Below are positions 50,734 to 62,157 of a stretch of DNA of 64,000 nucleotides, piece after piece. This stretch comes from Neodothiora populina (lineage: Eukaryota). Numbering within the stretch: the stretch's first letter is position 1; every line of letters begins with the position of its first letter. Both the position numbers and the translations under genes were made by a program. Under the pieces are notes generated by a model. The model was not told where the DNA came from, ran no database searches, and saw only the letters and a list, made by a program, of their open reading frames with translations. The stretch is taken from positions 1,550,001 to 1,614,000 of the forward strand of contig NW_027191411.1 of assembly GCF_041146345.1 (NCBI RefSeq). Direction: 5' to 3'.

Positions 50734-53692
50734 ATGGTTCGATCATATCGGTGAGTCTGAATGGATAATCACGGTCGCAAGTCTCTCACTGACAATTCCC
50801 AGTAAATACGAGCAATCGCACATCTTCGGTCTCGTCAACTCCGCCAATTCGAACCTCGTCTGGACCCCAGACAGCATCTATGGAGTAGCGGCGAGGAATA
50901 CTGGCGCAGGACGAGCATACGTCGGCGCCAATGAAGAGGTTCTCTGCTGGGATGTGAAGAAGGGAGAGCTGCTCAGCCGCTGGCATGACAGCGAGTGCAA
51001 GGCGGAAGTCACAGCCATAGCCCAATGCCCGTCCCAGCAGGACCTTTTCGCCGTCGGCCACTTTGACGGCAGTATCAGGGTCTGGGATGCCCTATCCTCT
51101 AATATCATCATCAGCTTCAACGGACATCGCTCTGCCGTGACCCAGCTCGCCTTCGACAACGATGGGTCCAGGCTGGTGAGTGGCTCGAGAGACACAGACA
51201 TCATCCTCTGGAATCTTCTCTCGGAAACGGCCGAGTTCAAGTTACGCGGTCACAAGGATCAGATCACCGGCTTGCGTTTCCTTCGCACTAGAACTACAGG
51301 CAGGAGCTCACCACACACCGACGAAGGCGTCGACATCTCTGACGATCCAGAGGACTTTGAGGAGAAATACCTTCTTTCCACCAGCAAGGACGCCTTGATC
51401 AAGATCTGGGATCTCTCCACGCCACACTGTATCGAGACACATGTCGCACAGACTAACGGAGAGTGCTGGGCTCTGGCAATCTCCCCGGATGGACAGGGCT
51501 GTATGACCGCCGGCAACGATGGCGAACTCAAGGTCTGGTCGATAGATCTCGATGGCTTGGCCGAGTACAGCAGTCGTCTCGGAGAAGGCAGCAACCTCAA
51601 CGCTCTTCACAGCCAGGGTGTTCTGTACAGACAGAGCAAAGACCGCGCTTTGACCGTCGCTTTCCATCCCAGGTCCGAGTACGTTGCTGTGCACGGTTCC
51701 GAAAAGGCAATCGAGATCTGGCGCATCAGATCAGACGAAGAGGTGCAGAAGAGTCTCGCGAGGAAGCGCAGAAGACGGAGAGAAAAAGCAAAGGAAAACG
51801 GAGAGGAGCTTGGTCCGGAGCAAGACGAGCAGACAGGCCCACCTGATGTGTCCGAAGTCTTCGTACCCCACGTTATTGTCCGCACAGGGGGAAAAGTCAG
51901 ATCGACAGCATGGGCTGCAAGCAAGTCTTCCAAGGCCGTTGAGCTCGTATGCTCCACCAACAACAACCAAGTCGAGGCGTATACTGTGACCGCAAAGGAA
52001 AGATCGAAGAAAGCCGCCGCGGATGCGCCAGACTATACCCGAACCATGGCTGTTGACATCCCTGGCCACAGGACCGATATCAGGGCTCTAGCACTGAGCT
52101 CAGATGATCGCATGCTTGCCACGGCTTCTTCAGGCCTGCTTAAGATCTGGAATGTCAAGACGCAGAGCTGCCTTCGCACGCTGGAGTGTGGCCAGTCGCT
52201 CTGCTGCACCTTCCTACCTGGTGATAAAATTGTCCTACTAGGCACGAAAACAGGAGAGCTGGAATTGTACGACATCGCCTCTTCGGCGCTCATAGACAAA
52301 TCCCAGGCACACGACGGAGCCATCTGGACACTGCAAGTTCACCCGGACGGCAAGTCGGTCGTCACCGGTGGTGCCGATAAAGCCGCCAAGTTCTGGCGTT
52401 TCGATATTGTGCAGGAGGAGATTCCCGGTACGAGAAGGACGACCCCGAAGCTCAAGCTCACGCAAACCCGCGTGCTCAAGGTGAATGATGATGTCTTGAG
52501 CATCTGTTTCTCTCCCGACGAACGCCTGCTTGCCCTCTCTACCCTGGACAACACCGTCAAGGTCTTCTTCGTCGATTCTCTGAAGCTTTTCCTCACCCTC
52601 TACGGCCACAAGCTGCCCGTCCTCAACATTTCCATTTCTTCCGATAGCAAGCTCATCGCGACTTGCAGTGCCGACAAGAACGTTCGCATCTGGGGTCTTG
52701 ATTTCGGTGATTGTCACAGAGCCTTCTTCGCACATCAGGACAGCGTCATGCAGGTTGCCTTCATCCCGCATCCGGTAGAGAAGGACGAGACTCATTTGTT
52801 CTTCAGTGCTGGCAAGGACTCGGTCATCAAGACATGGGACGGAGATAAATTTGAACAGATACAGAAGCTTGAAGGTCACCACGGCGAGGTCTGGGCCATG
52901 GCAGTGAGTCGTACGGGTGAGAAGGTCATCACAGCGAGTCACGACAAGAGTATTCGTGTGTGGGACGTGACAGACGATCTGATTTTCCTCGAGGAAGAGC
53001 GAGAGAAGGAATTGGAGGAGATGTACGAGTCTACCCTTGCGACTCAGCTCGACAAAGACTACGCCGACGCCGACGAGGAGGGCCAAGAATCAGAAGTCGC
53101 TGCTGCGTCCAAGCAGACCATCGCGACACTGACCTATGGTGAACGAATCATGGAGGCCATGGAGGTCGGCTACGCCGATTATCAGATTGTAAAACAATGG
53201 GAAGCGGAAAAGGAACGGAACCCGAAACTCGCACCGCCGCAACGAAATCCTCTGTTCATGGCGCTCGGCGGCATTAGTGCAGAGGAGCATGTGTTGAACA
53301 CGATACGGAAGATCCCCAATGCCGCCTTACAAGACGCGCTGCTTGTCATCCCATTCACATCACTCACGACGCTTTTCACCTTTGTGTCAATATTTCTGCA
53401 ACGACGGATGCAGCCTGAGCTAGCATGGAGAGTATTTTACTTCCTGCTGCAGACGCACAACACGCAGATAGTGGCTAGCAGACAACTCAAGGAATTGCTC
53501 GGGACAATCTTGGAGGCGTACGGGAACTGGATCAAAGACGAGAAGACGGTGCTAGGATTCAACATGGCAGCTCTGGGACTCATGGGCAGAGACATGCGGG
53601 ATGCACAAGTGCATGGCATGGAGGACGACGAGCAACATGAAGAGCGAACGGAGAAGAGCAGCAAAAAGAGAGCGTTCGCATCCATCGCATAA
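50734..53692 (+). CDS. UTP12: U3 snoRNP WD40 protein Utp12/Dip2 (WDR3)
   Basis: MVRSYR|KYE with intron 50751..50802. Many WD repeats, GHRTDIR, LYGHKLPVL, WGLDFGDCH and C-terminal GFNMAAL. Confidence 0.95.
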
Positions 53693-53768
53693 GGTGGAAA
53701 GACAAGCGCGTGAAACAGAACGAGGTAGACATGACCAAAAAATGTTACAAATATACTGTACAGTTCTT

Positions 53769-53900
53769 AGACTCATCGACTATTCGGCAATGATTTATCG
53801 ACTATTGATGAAAGACTCATTGACTGTTCATCAAAGGCTCATCGACTGTTGATCAAAGACTCATTGACTATTCAGAAGAGACTTATTGACTATTGATTAG
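53769..53900. repeat. Degenerate tandem repeat, ~6 x 22 bp (AAGACTCATTGACTRTTSATCA)
   Basis: Visible units such as aagactcattgactgttcatca and aaggctcatcgactgttgatca. Confidence 0.85.
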
Positions 53901-54446
53901 GGAGCCTTTGACCCCAAAATGTTACAAATACATTGTGCAGCAGTAAGTACAGCACTTACAAGTGTGCCAATGCATGATTTGTGCGCGAGGTAACCTCGCA
54001 GTGATCTTCAAAGATCTGCAGCGAGTGTGGTTGAGCTCCAGGCACGCTTTGCGGCGGCTGACCCCATTGCATTTGCGCATTCGCGATAGTGATTGGCACA
54101 TGGAATATGACTGCATGGCGCTGCTGAGGCCGAAACCGGCGGCGATTGAATGGGTCACAGTGGACGTTGAGCGGGCGGAGATGGGCAAAGAGCAAAGATT
54201 GTCAAGATTTGTTTGACCATTTGCATCCAGTCACAAGTGGTCCATGCGCGCCTTTTCTTATAAGCTTTTTCCTGCTATCTTGCATGAGCAATTCCTCGAC
54301 AGCTCTCACTACCAATCCCCATCTCCAAGTGCTGATGTACATATTCTTTGACGAGGAGACCTTTGCCGACATCTGTGCAAGGTCAACGCGACTGTTATCC
54401 AAATAGAGATCCTGTTCTCACTCAGGTTTGTCAATTCCTCTGCTCG

Positions 54447-54452
54447 TGACTC
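54447..54452 (+). promoter_or_regulatory. Putative Gcn4/CpcA site (TGACTC) upstream of CPA2
   Basis: Core motif about 190 bp upstream of an arginine-biosynthesis gene. The motif is short and could occur by chance. Confidence 0.4.
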
Positions 54453-54642
54453 GATTCTGCAAGGCTATTGTGGGAGCTTACTCGAGCCTATCAGAAGAAA
54501 AAAAGAACACCCAATCCTTTTTTCTTTGCTTTATTCTTGCCCCATTCACTAGCCAGCCAGCTGCAATCTCTGGTCGAAAGACCTTTGACGACCTCCAAGA
54601 AGAGAGCGTCTTTGCATCTCACTGCCTTTTTGGCTTTTGAAA

Positions 54643-57600
54643 ATGGCTTTCTCCAGCCGCTTGGCACGCACCAGCGCGCAGAACCTCCTCCGTCAAGGAC
54701 AGAGCTCTCTGGCCGCTCGAGCCTGCGCCCGTAGCTTGACTACTCGGTCAGCGTTCGCTGCACAGCCTGCTCGTGCAGTCCGTACCCCCAAGAGGTCGCT
54801 GAGCCGCTTCACCCAGCTCCGCTATGCCACCAGCATCGCCGAGGCCGCTCCCAGCTCCAAGGCCTACCTTGAGAGTGGTGTGATTGCCGGAGGTCAGAAC
54901 CTGATTGATTTGAAGAAGGTTTTGGTCATTGGATCCGGTGGTCTTGCCATTGGCCAAGCCGGAGAGTTCGATTACTCTGGTATGTAGTGAAGCTCTCAAG
55001 CTTGGGATGCATGAAAACGCGCGATTCCCGATCACCTTATAGATCACTCAGTTGCAGCGCTGACAATCAATGCAGGTTCCCAAGCTCTCAAGGCGCTCAA
55101 GGAAGCCGGCATCAAGTCCGTCCTCGTCAACCCTAACATTGCGACTATTCAGACATCGCACGTTCTCGCCGATGAGATCTACTACCTTCCCGTCACTCCC
55201 GAATACGTCACTTATGTTATTGAGAAAGAGCGTCCCGATGGTGTTTTCTTGTCTTTCGGAGGTCAGACTGCGCTCAACTTGGGTGTGCAGATGGACCAGA
55301 TGGGTATCTTTGACAGATACGGAGTCCGTGTCCTTGGTACTAGCATTCAGACCCTGAAGACTAGTGAAGATCGTGACTTGTTCGCATCCGCCCTCAAGGA
55401 GATCAACATCCCAATTGCCGAGTCCATTGCTGTAGGCACTATCGACGAGGCACTCGCCGCTGCTGAGACTGTCGGGTACCCCATCATTGTGCGTGCCGCT
55501 TACGCCCTCGGTGGTCTTGGATCCGGATTTGCCAACAACCCCGAGGAACTTCGCAACTTGTCTGCTCGCTCCCTCACTCTCTCTCCTCAGATCTTGGTTG
55601 AAAAATCTCTCAAGGGCTGGAAGGAGGCCGAGTACGAGGTTGTCAGAGATGCCGCCGACAACTGTATCACTGTATGCAACATGGAGAACTTTGATCCCCT
55701 CGGTGTCCACACCGGTGACAGTATTGTCGTTTCTCCTTCGCAGACCTTCAGCGACGAAGAGTACCACATGCTCCGTACTGCCGCTATCAAGATCGTCCGT
55801 CACTTAGGTGTCGTAGGTGAATGTAACGTTCAATATGCCCTTCAGCCCGATGGACTTGACTACAGGGTTATCGAGGTCAATGCCCGTCTCTCTCGCTCTT
55901 CTGCTCTTGCTTCAAAGGCTACTGGCTACCCTCTCGCCTACACCGCTGCTAAAATTGGTCTTGGACACACTTTGCCGGAACTTCCCAATGCCGTCACCAA
56001 GACCACCACTGCGAACTTCGAACCTTCCCTGGATTATATTGTCACCAAGATGCCTCGTTGGGACTTGAGCAAATTCCAGAACGTCAAGAGAGACATTGGT
56101 TCTGCCATGAAGTCTGTTGGTGAAGTCATGGCCATTGGTCGTACTTTTGAAGAATCTTTCCAAAAGGCTATCCGTCAGGTCGACCCTAAGTACGTGGGAC
56201 TCCAAGGCGACAAGTTTGACGACCTAGACGACGTCCTCGCAAACCCCACCGATAGACGTTGGTTGGCTGTCGGCCAGGCCATGCTTCACGAGGGATACTC
56301 CGTCGACAAAGTCCACGAACTTTCCAAAATTGACAAGTGGTTCCTTTACAAGATCCAGAACATTGTTGACTGCACTCACGAGCTCGAGGCCATTGGCAGT
56401 CTCTACGGTGTAAAGAAGGAGCTGATGCTCAAGGCCAAGAAAATGGGCTTCTCCGACAAGCAAATCGCCAATGCCGTCAACAGCTCCGAGGACGAAGTTC
56501 GCGCCCGCAGAAAGAACTTCGGCATCACCCCTTGGGTTAAGAGAATCGACACTCTTGCCGCTGAGTTCCCAACGATGACGAACTATTTAGTATGTATTCT
56601 CTGTTGCATTCTTGATTTCAGCAGTTGCTAACATGTAATAGTACACCACCTACAACGCTTCTACTCACGATGTTGATTTCACCGACCATGGCGTCCTCGT
56701 TCTTGGCTCCGGTGTCTACCGTATCGGATCCTCTGTCGAATTCGATTGGTGCGCCGTGAACGCCAACTTGTCTCTCAAGGCCCAGGGCAAGAAGACTGTT
56801 ATGATCAACTACAACCCGGAGACCGTTTCGACCGATTACGACATTCCCGACAAGCTCTACTTCGAAGAACTGTCATACGAACGTGTGATGGATATCTACG
56901 AATTGGAATCAGCCTCAGGTGTTGTGGTCTCCGTTGGTGGTCAACTCCCCCAGAATATGGCACTCAAGCTCCAAGAGCAGGGCCATGCTAAGATTCTTGG
57001 TACTGATCCTAACGACATTGACAAGGCTGAGGATCGTCACAAGTTTTCTTCCATCCTCGACTCTATCGGTGTTGATCAACCAGCTTGGAAGGAGCTTACC
57101 TCGTACGAGGAGGCTCAAAACTTTGCTAACACTGTCGGTTATCCTGTCCTTGTTCGCCCGTCTTACGTTCTTTCTGGTGCTGCTATGACTGTCATTCGAT
57201 CCGAGGATGAGCTTCAGGAGAAGCTCACTGCCGCCGCTGACGTTTCGCCCGATCACCCTGTCGTCATTACTCAGTTCATCGAGGGCGCGCGCGAAATCGA
57301 TGTTGATGCTGTCGCTCACGACGGAAAGCTTCTTATTCACGCCGTCTCTGAGCACGTTGAGAACGCTGGTGTCCACTCAGGTGACGCTTCTCTTGTTCTT
57401 CCCCCTGCCAACTTGTCGAAGGACACCATTGAGCGCGTCAAGGTTATCGCTGAGAAGGTCGCCAAGGCTTGGTCTATCACTGGTCCGTTCAACATGCAAA
57501 TTATCGACGCCGACTCCAAGACCCCTGGCGAGAAGTCCGACCTCAAGGTTATTGAGTGCAACCTTCGCGCATCTCGCTCTTTCCCATTCGTCTCCAAGGT

Positions 57601-58358
57601 TCTCGGTACCAACTTTATTGACGTCGCCACTCGCGCTCTCACTGGAAAGGATGTTCCTGAGCCTGTCGATTTGATGCAAAAGGAGCGTGACTTCGTTGCT
57701 GTCAAGGTCCCTCAATTCTCATGGACTCGTCTTGCTGGCGCCGACCCTTACCTCGGTGTTGAGATGTCTTCCACTGGTGAAATGGCTTGCTTCGGAAAGG
57801 ACCTCGTTGAGGCCTACTGGGTCGCCATGCAAAGCACAATGAACTTCCGTCTACCAAACCCTGGCGAGGGTCTTCTCTTCGGTGGTACCACCGAAACTAG
57901 TGACCTCGCCAAGATTGTCGACTACCTCAACCCGCTCGGTTACAAGCTCTTCGCCGCCAACGAGAAAGTCAAGTCTCACCTTGAGAGCCAATCCAAGGAC
58001 GGATCCGTCTCTGTTCAGGTCATTGAGTTTCCCAAGGAGGACAAGCGCGCCCTTCGTGAGGTCTTCCAGAAGTATGATATCCGCGGTGTCTTCAACCTCG
58101 CCAAGCAGAGAGCTTCTAGCTTGATCGACGAGGACTACGTCATGAGAAGAAACGCTGTCGACTTTGGTGTTCCTCTCTTCATGGAGCCAAAGGTGAGTTT
58201 TACGTTCTGTTGCTATTCTTTCCGATATTGTTGCTGACTGTGATAATTAGACCGCTGTCCTCTTCGCCCAATGTATGAGCGAGAAGCTCCCTAAGAAGGA
58301 GGGTATCCCAGCTGAGGTCCGCCCTTGGGCTGACTTTGTCGGTACTCGCGACTTGTAG
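54643..58358 (+). CDS. CPA2: Arginine-specific carbamoyl-phosphate synthase large chain, mitochondrial
   Basis: Arg-rich presequence, [39 protein letters not shown] and second-half [11 protein letters not shown]. No ATCase or DHOase fusion. Three introns. Confidence 0.96.
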
Positions 58359-58599
58359 ATGTTTCTTTGCTAGGCGTCAAAACAGGATGTATTGTCGATA
58401 TTCTGGACTTCAAAGAAGGAAAATATGGAATACAGGTCAAGTACATGAAAGGGAAAGTTTGGATCAGACAGAATGGTCCCGGAAAAACATCTTTGCCACG
58501 AATTCCATTGGATTGATATGGTAGAAGCTCGTAGTAACTAGTTGTCTTGACTGCTGAGACTTTCGAGACGTAAATGACATGAATAAATTTTCGCACTCC

Positions 58600-60430
58600 C
58601 CTTCCCCTCACCTATCTTCCGCCTCACTTTCACTTCTCCTCTATTGTTCTCTTGTTAGTCCTTCATTGTTTCTTTACCCTTCCTTCACTGCTCCATTATT
58701 ACTTTGTCATTAGATTGTCACTGCTTTTTCGCTACTGCTTGACTATTCTTTCACCCGCTTCTCATTAGTCGCTTACGATTTCTTCAGGATTTCTTCGTTA
58801 CTCCTTTACTACTTTTTCATTGTCTTTACACTGCTTTTTCATTGCTTTTTCACTGCTTATTCACTCCTTTCCCACTCCTTTTCCACTCCTTTTCCCTGCT
58901 TTTTCGCTACTCCTTGACCATTAATTTACTATCTCTTTATCCTGTTCTTACTAGCTGTTCACAATATCTTCAGGTCTTCTTTACTGCTCTTTTTACTGGA
59001 CAGAACGGCATGACAGCTGCACCACCACCAAGACCTCTGAAGCATGTCACCTTTGACACACCGCCAGCTTCACCTCCATTCCAGAACAGCCCTTTCGCTG
59101 CAAACATACCCCCGCAGCCATCATACCTAGGGCAGTATCGGGAGCCGACGCCGCCACGTCAGGTAGGCGAGGAGGCACATCCTCCTACTCCTTATGAAGG
59201 CTTCAAGCAACGTCCGGGATCCAATGGATACGGAGCATCTGGAGACGCAGCAGGGAGCGGTTCGAGCGAGAGGAAGCAGATTTTGCTCCTCTTTTCAGTC
59301 CTCTCTTTACTACTCTTTTCACCACTCTTTTTGCTACTCTCGTATTACTGTTCTATTGCTTTTTCATTTCTTCTTCATTGCTTTTCATCTCTCTCTCATT
59401 AATTATTTGCTCCTCCTTCACTGGTCTTCCACGATTCTCTTACCCTCTTTTTATTAATCGCTCACAATTTCTTAGGGGCATACCTAGGTTGCCCCTAAGT
59501 TGACCCTCTAGGCTAGTCCTAAAGTTAGGCCCTACCGTCGGACTCCAGGGTGCGCCTTCCAAGTCAGACTGGAGGTCCAGCCTCAAGTATAGATACTCGA
59601 CCTCAGGCTCATCCTAAGAGAATGATCACTTTTCTACTATGTTACAAACCTTTAGGCTCAGAACACAATTTATCAGGATTTCTTTGCTACCCTTTCACTG
59701 TTTCTTCACTACTTCTTTTTTAGTTTCCTCTTACTTGCTTGTGACTCCTTTACTGCCCCTTCAATATTTGTTTATTACCTTGCTATCTCTCCAAGTATTT
59801 CTCGATTATTGTTTTACTATACTTATGTACTCCTCCTGTTACTATTCTAAGGTTTTTAAAAGGTTTCTCTGTTACCCTTTTACTATCCCTTCATTACTAT
59901 CCTTTCACTACCTCTCTAGTAAACTTTCACTACACTTTCACTTACCTTTTTGATACCTCTTCACTACTTCTTTACTACCCTTTTACTACCTCTTTACCGC
60001 TGCTTTACTATCTCTTCACTACTACTTCACTACCACCTTACTCCTTCAATTAGTACCAGCTAATCCTATACATTGTGAAACTCCTGCTTAAGCAGACCTG
60101 CAGCATGAGCCTCCTCAGTCAAGTGTGCCTCTCTAGGGCCCTGCTCATAGGCGGGCTACCGCTCTTCTAGTGACGATCTGCAGATAGTTTGTAGATGGTT
60201 TTGCAAAAGAAAAGCTTGTTATGAGACTGGTGCGTTGTCTGGGCGTTTTTGGTGTTGATGGATGATGGTTTCAAAGGTCAAGGAGGTCGAAGAAGTGAGC
60301 TCACATGTGGGAGATATGTGAGCCTATGTCAAGGTCGGTTGGTCTGCCTAAGGGTTGGATTACCACCGCTCACTCATCTCTTTTCTATTACTCCCTTACT
60401 TATCCTTTCACACTACTCCCTCACCATCAC
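58600..60430. repeat. Blocks of pyrimidine-rich, ~11-bp-periodic degenerate minisatellite (YACTNCTTTTY) separated by non-repetitive islands
   Basis: For example cattgcttttt cactgcttatt cactcctttcc cactccttttc. Blocks at ~58600-58995, 59281-59460, 59680-60050 and 60370-60430. Confidence 0.8.
59010..59402 (+). CDS. Possible orphan Pro-rich protein with hydrophobic C-tail
   Basis: ATG-initiated 130-codon frame lying in a GC-balanced island, with the tail encoded by the T-rich repeat. Confidence 0.3.
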   Translation: MTAAPPPRPLKHVTFDTPPASPPFQNSPFAANIPPQPSYLGQYREPTPPRQVGEEAHPPTPYEGFKQRPGSNGYGASGDAAGSGSSERKQILLLFSVLSLLLFSPLFLLLSYYCSIAFSFLLHCFSSLSH

Positions 60431-60526
60431 GTAGATTGAAAATGCATGATATTGAATATATCCGCAAAGCAGAGGCCCTCTAGCGTCTATCCTCCCTTCA
60501 CCATTCCCTTGTTTAGTCTTGATCCT

Positions 60527-61623
60527 CTAATGTAAAGCGGCAAGAACATCCTCCAACCGCGCTACCGCCCCAAAGACACCGCCCTCAGCTTTGACCGACT
60601 CCAGTGCGACTCTGTGCAGCTCGTCATTCGCAGCCGCGCATCCATCACTGACAATCAAACACTCCATCCCGCGATCATTAGCTTCCCGCATGATCGTGTG
60701 CACGCAGACATCAGTCGTCACACCCGCCAGAATCAAGCGCCTGATCCCACGGTTCGATAACAAGAGAGCGAAATCAGTCGTGGAGAAGAGGCCTTTGCCT
60801 GGTTTATCTATCGTCGGCTCAGACTGATGCCATTCGTCTGGACTCAAGGGGTATAGTTCCGGGATCGTGTTGTGGCCTTTCTCGCCTCGGATCAGGAGGC
60901 GTCCGAGGGGGCCTTGGTCGCCGATTCCGAGGCCGGAGGCGTTGTTGCGGCTTCTGAATAGTTCGCGTGAGGAGAGGGTGCTGAGGTCGGGGCGGTGGCC
61001 TGGAGGTGATGAGTGAGGGGTTTAACCGTTTAATTTTTATTTTCTTTCGTGGTTGCTGCTACTGTGTGATATGGGGATTTGTGGAGGGGTGGAGGGGTGG
61101 TTGTGGTTTCACTCTATGTGGTATGGAATGGAGAGGCAATATGGGTGGGGTTGAGGTCCAAGAAAGGTGGGGCATTGTTCCCTGTATGCATGTTCCATTA
61201 TTGGCAATAGCGATACCGACGAGCAAAAGAGAGATAGAGAAGAAGAAAAGAAATGGAAAAGAAGATACCTTCCCTTGTGTGATACACCTGATATCCTCCC
61301 TCACGACACGACCCGAGAAGCTTCTGTAGCCCAGGGATAATCGAGCGAATATGAGAGATATCGTAACCTTGGTGGTCCATGTATCCACCCGGAGCACAAA
61401 CTATGGAGATATGGCACCTACCTTAGCATACTCGGTTCGACTACAAGAACATCGATTGATACATTGGATATGGAAGGACTGAGGGTCATGGAGATGCCGG
61501 CAGGCACATACAGTCATTTTGCATGTCTACCAACACCAGGGCCGTATCTTCGGTGCTGATGGGTCCATCGTGGGGCCAGTCGTATGGCGAGGCCTTGATG
61601 TACTTCTTCTGCTGAAGCTGCAT
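60527..61623 (-). CDS. Isochorismatase-superfamily cysteine hydrolase, biuret/guanylurea hydrolase-like
   Basis: Spliced product (introns 61401..61511 and 61000..61268): PYDWP..ALVLVDMQNDFC..GY..HTREGHRPDL..GIGDQGPLGRLLIRGE..IDKPGKG..GVTTDVCV..MREANDRG..EGGVFG. D-K-C triad intact. Confidence 0.9.
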
Positions 61624-61635
61624 AATTTGCCTTGG

Positions 61636-61642
61636 TGACTCA
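61636..61642. promoter_or_regulatory. Perfect Gcn4/AP-1 site TGACTCA in the divergent hydrolase/nitroreductase interval
   Basis: Exact 7-mer, but only 13 bp from the hydrolase ATG and so probably within its 5' UTR. Confidence 0.3.
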
Positions 61643-62157
61643 GCCTCCGCGCATCAGCTTGTGTATTTACGATGTTGACGACTGGACTACCAAAAAAATG
61701 TTACTGCAGAAGATCACGACAAGGTGATCAATCAAGTGGTAAAGAGCAGAGATACAGTAGGAGTAAGTCGTCGTCGTGGCTGTCGAAGCTTCTACAGCGA
61801 GACGTCGTATGTCCAGCATAATTAGCGTAAGATTCTCACTCCATTAACACACCATATGGCGAATCACAAAATCTCCCCACCTCGTGCCCCTCGTTAAATC
61901 GCCAGCTTTGTAATGCTATATTAGGCTCGCGGCCCGCCAGCTTATAAGTCCTTCGGGTTTCGGTATCGGAAGCACGTTAACGGCGCGGGAGTGACGGGTG
62001 TTTATGTTCCTAAGCAAAAGAAGCTACTTATCTAATTAAAGGGTCAAGAATTATGCGCGCTCAATTCCGCGCCGCAGCCGCCATAATAGCTGCATTTCTA
62101 ATAGCGGGCATCGCTTTCGGTCTTGCAGACACATCCAGCCCATTGATAGCAGCAACA

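Noticed and set aside
53769..53900. CRISPR-like array
   Set aside because: Units are contiguous with no unique spacers, the context is eukaryotic, and there are no cas genes.
54200..54642. Arginine attenuator peptide uORF upstream of carbamoyl-phosphate synthase
   Set aside because: AAP belongs to the small-subunit gene (CPA1/arg-2); no AAP-like peptide is visible upstream of this large-subunit gene.
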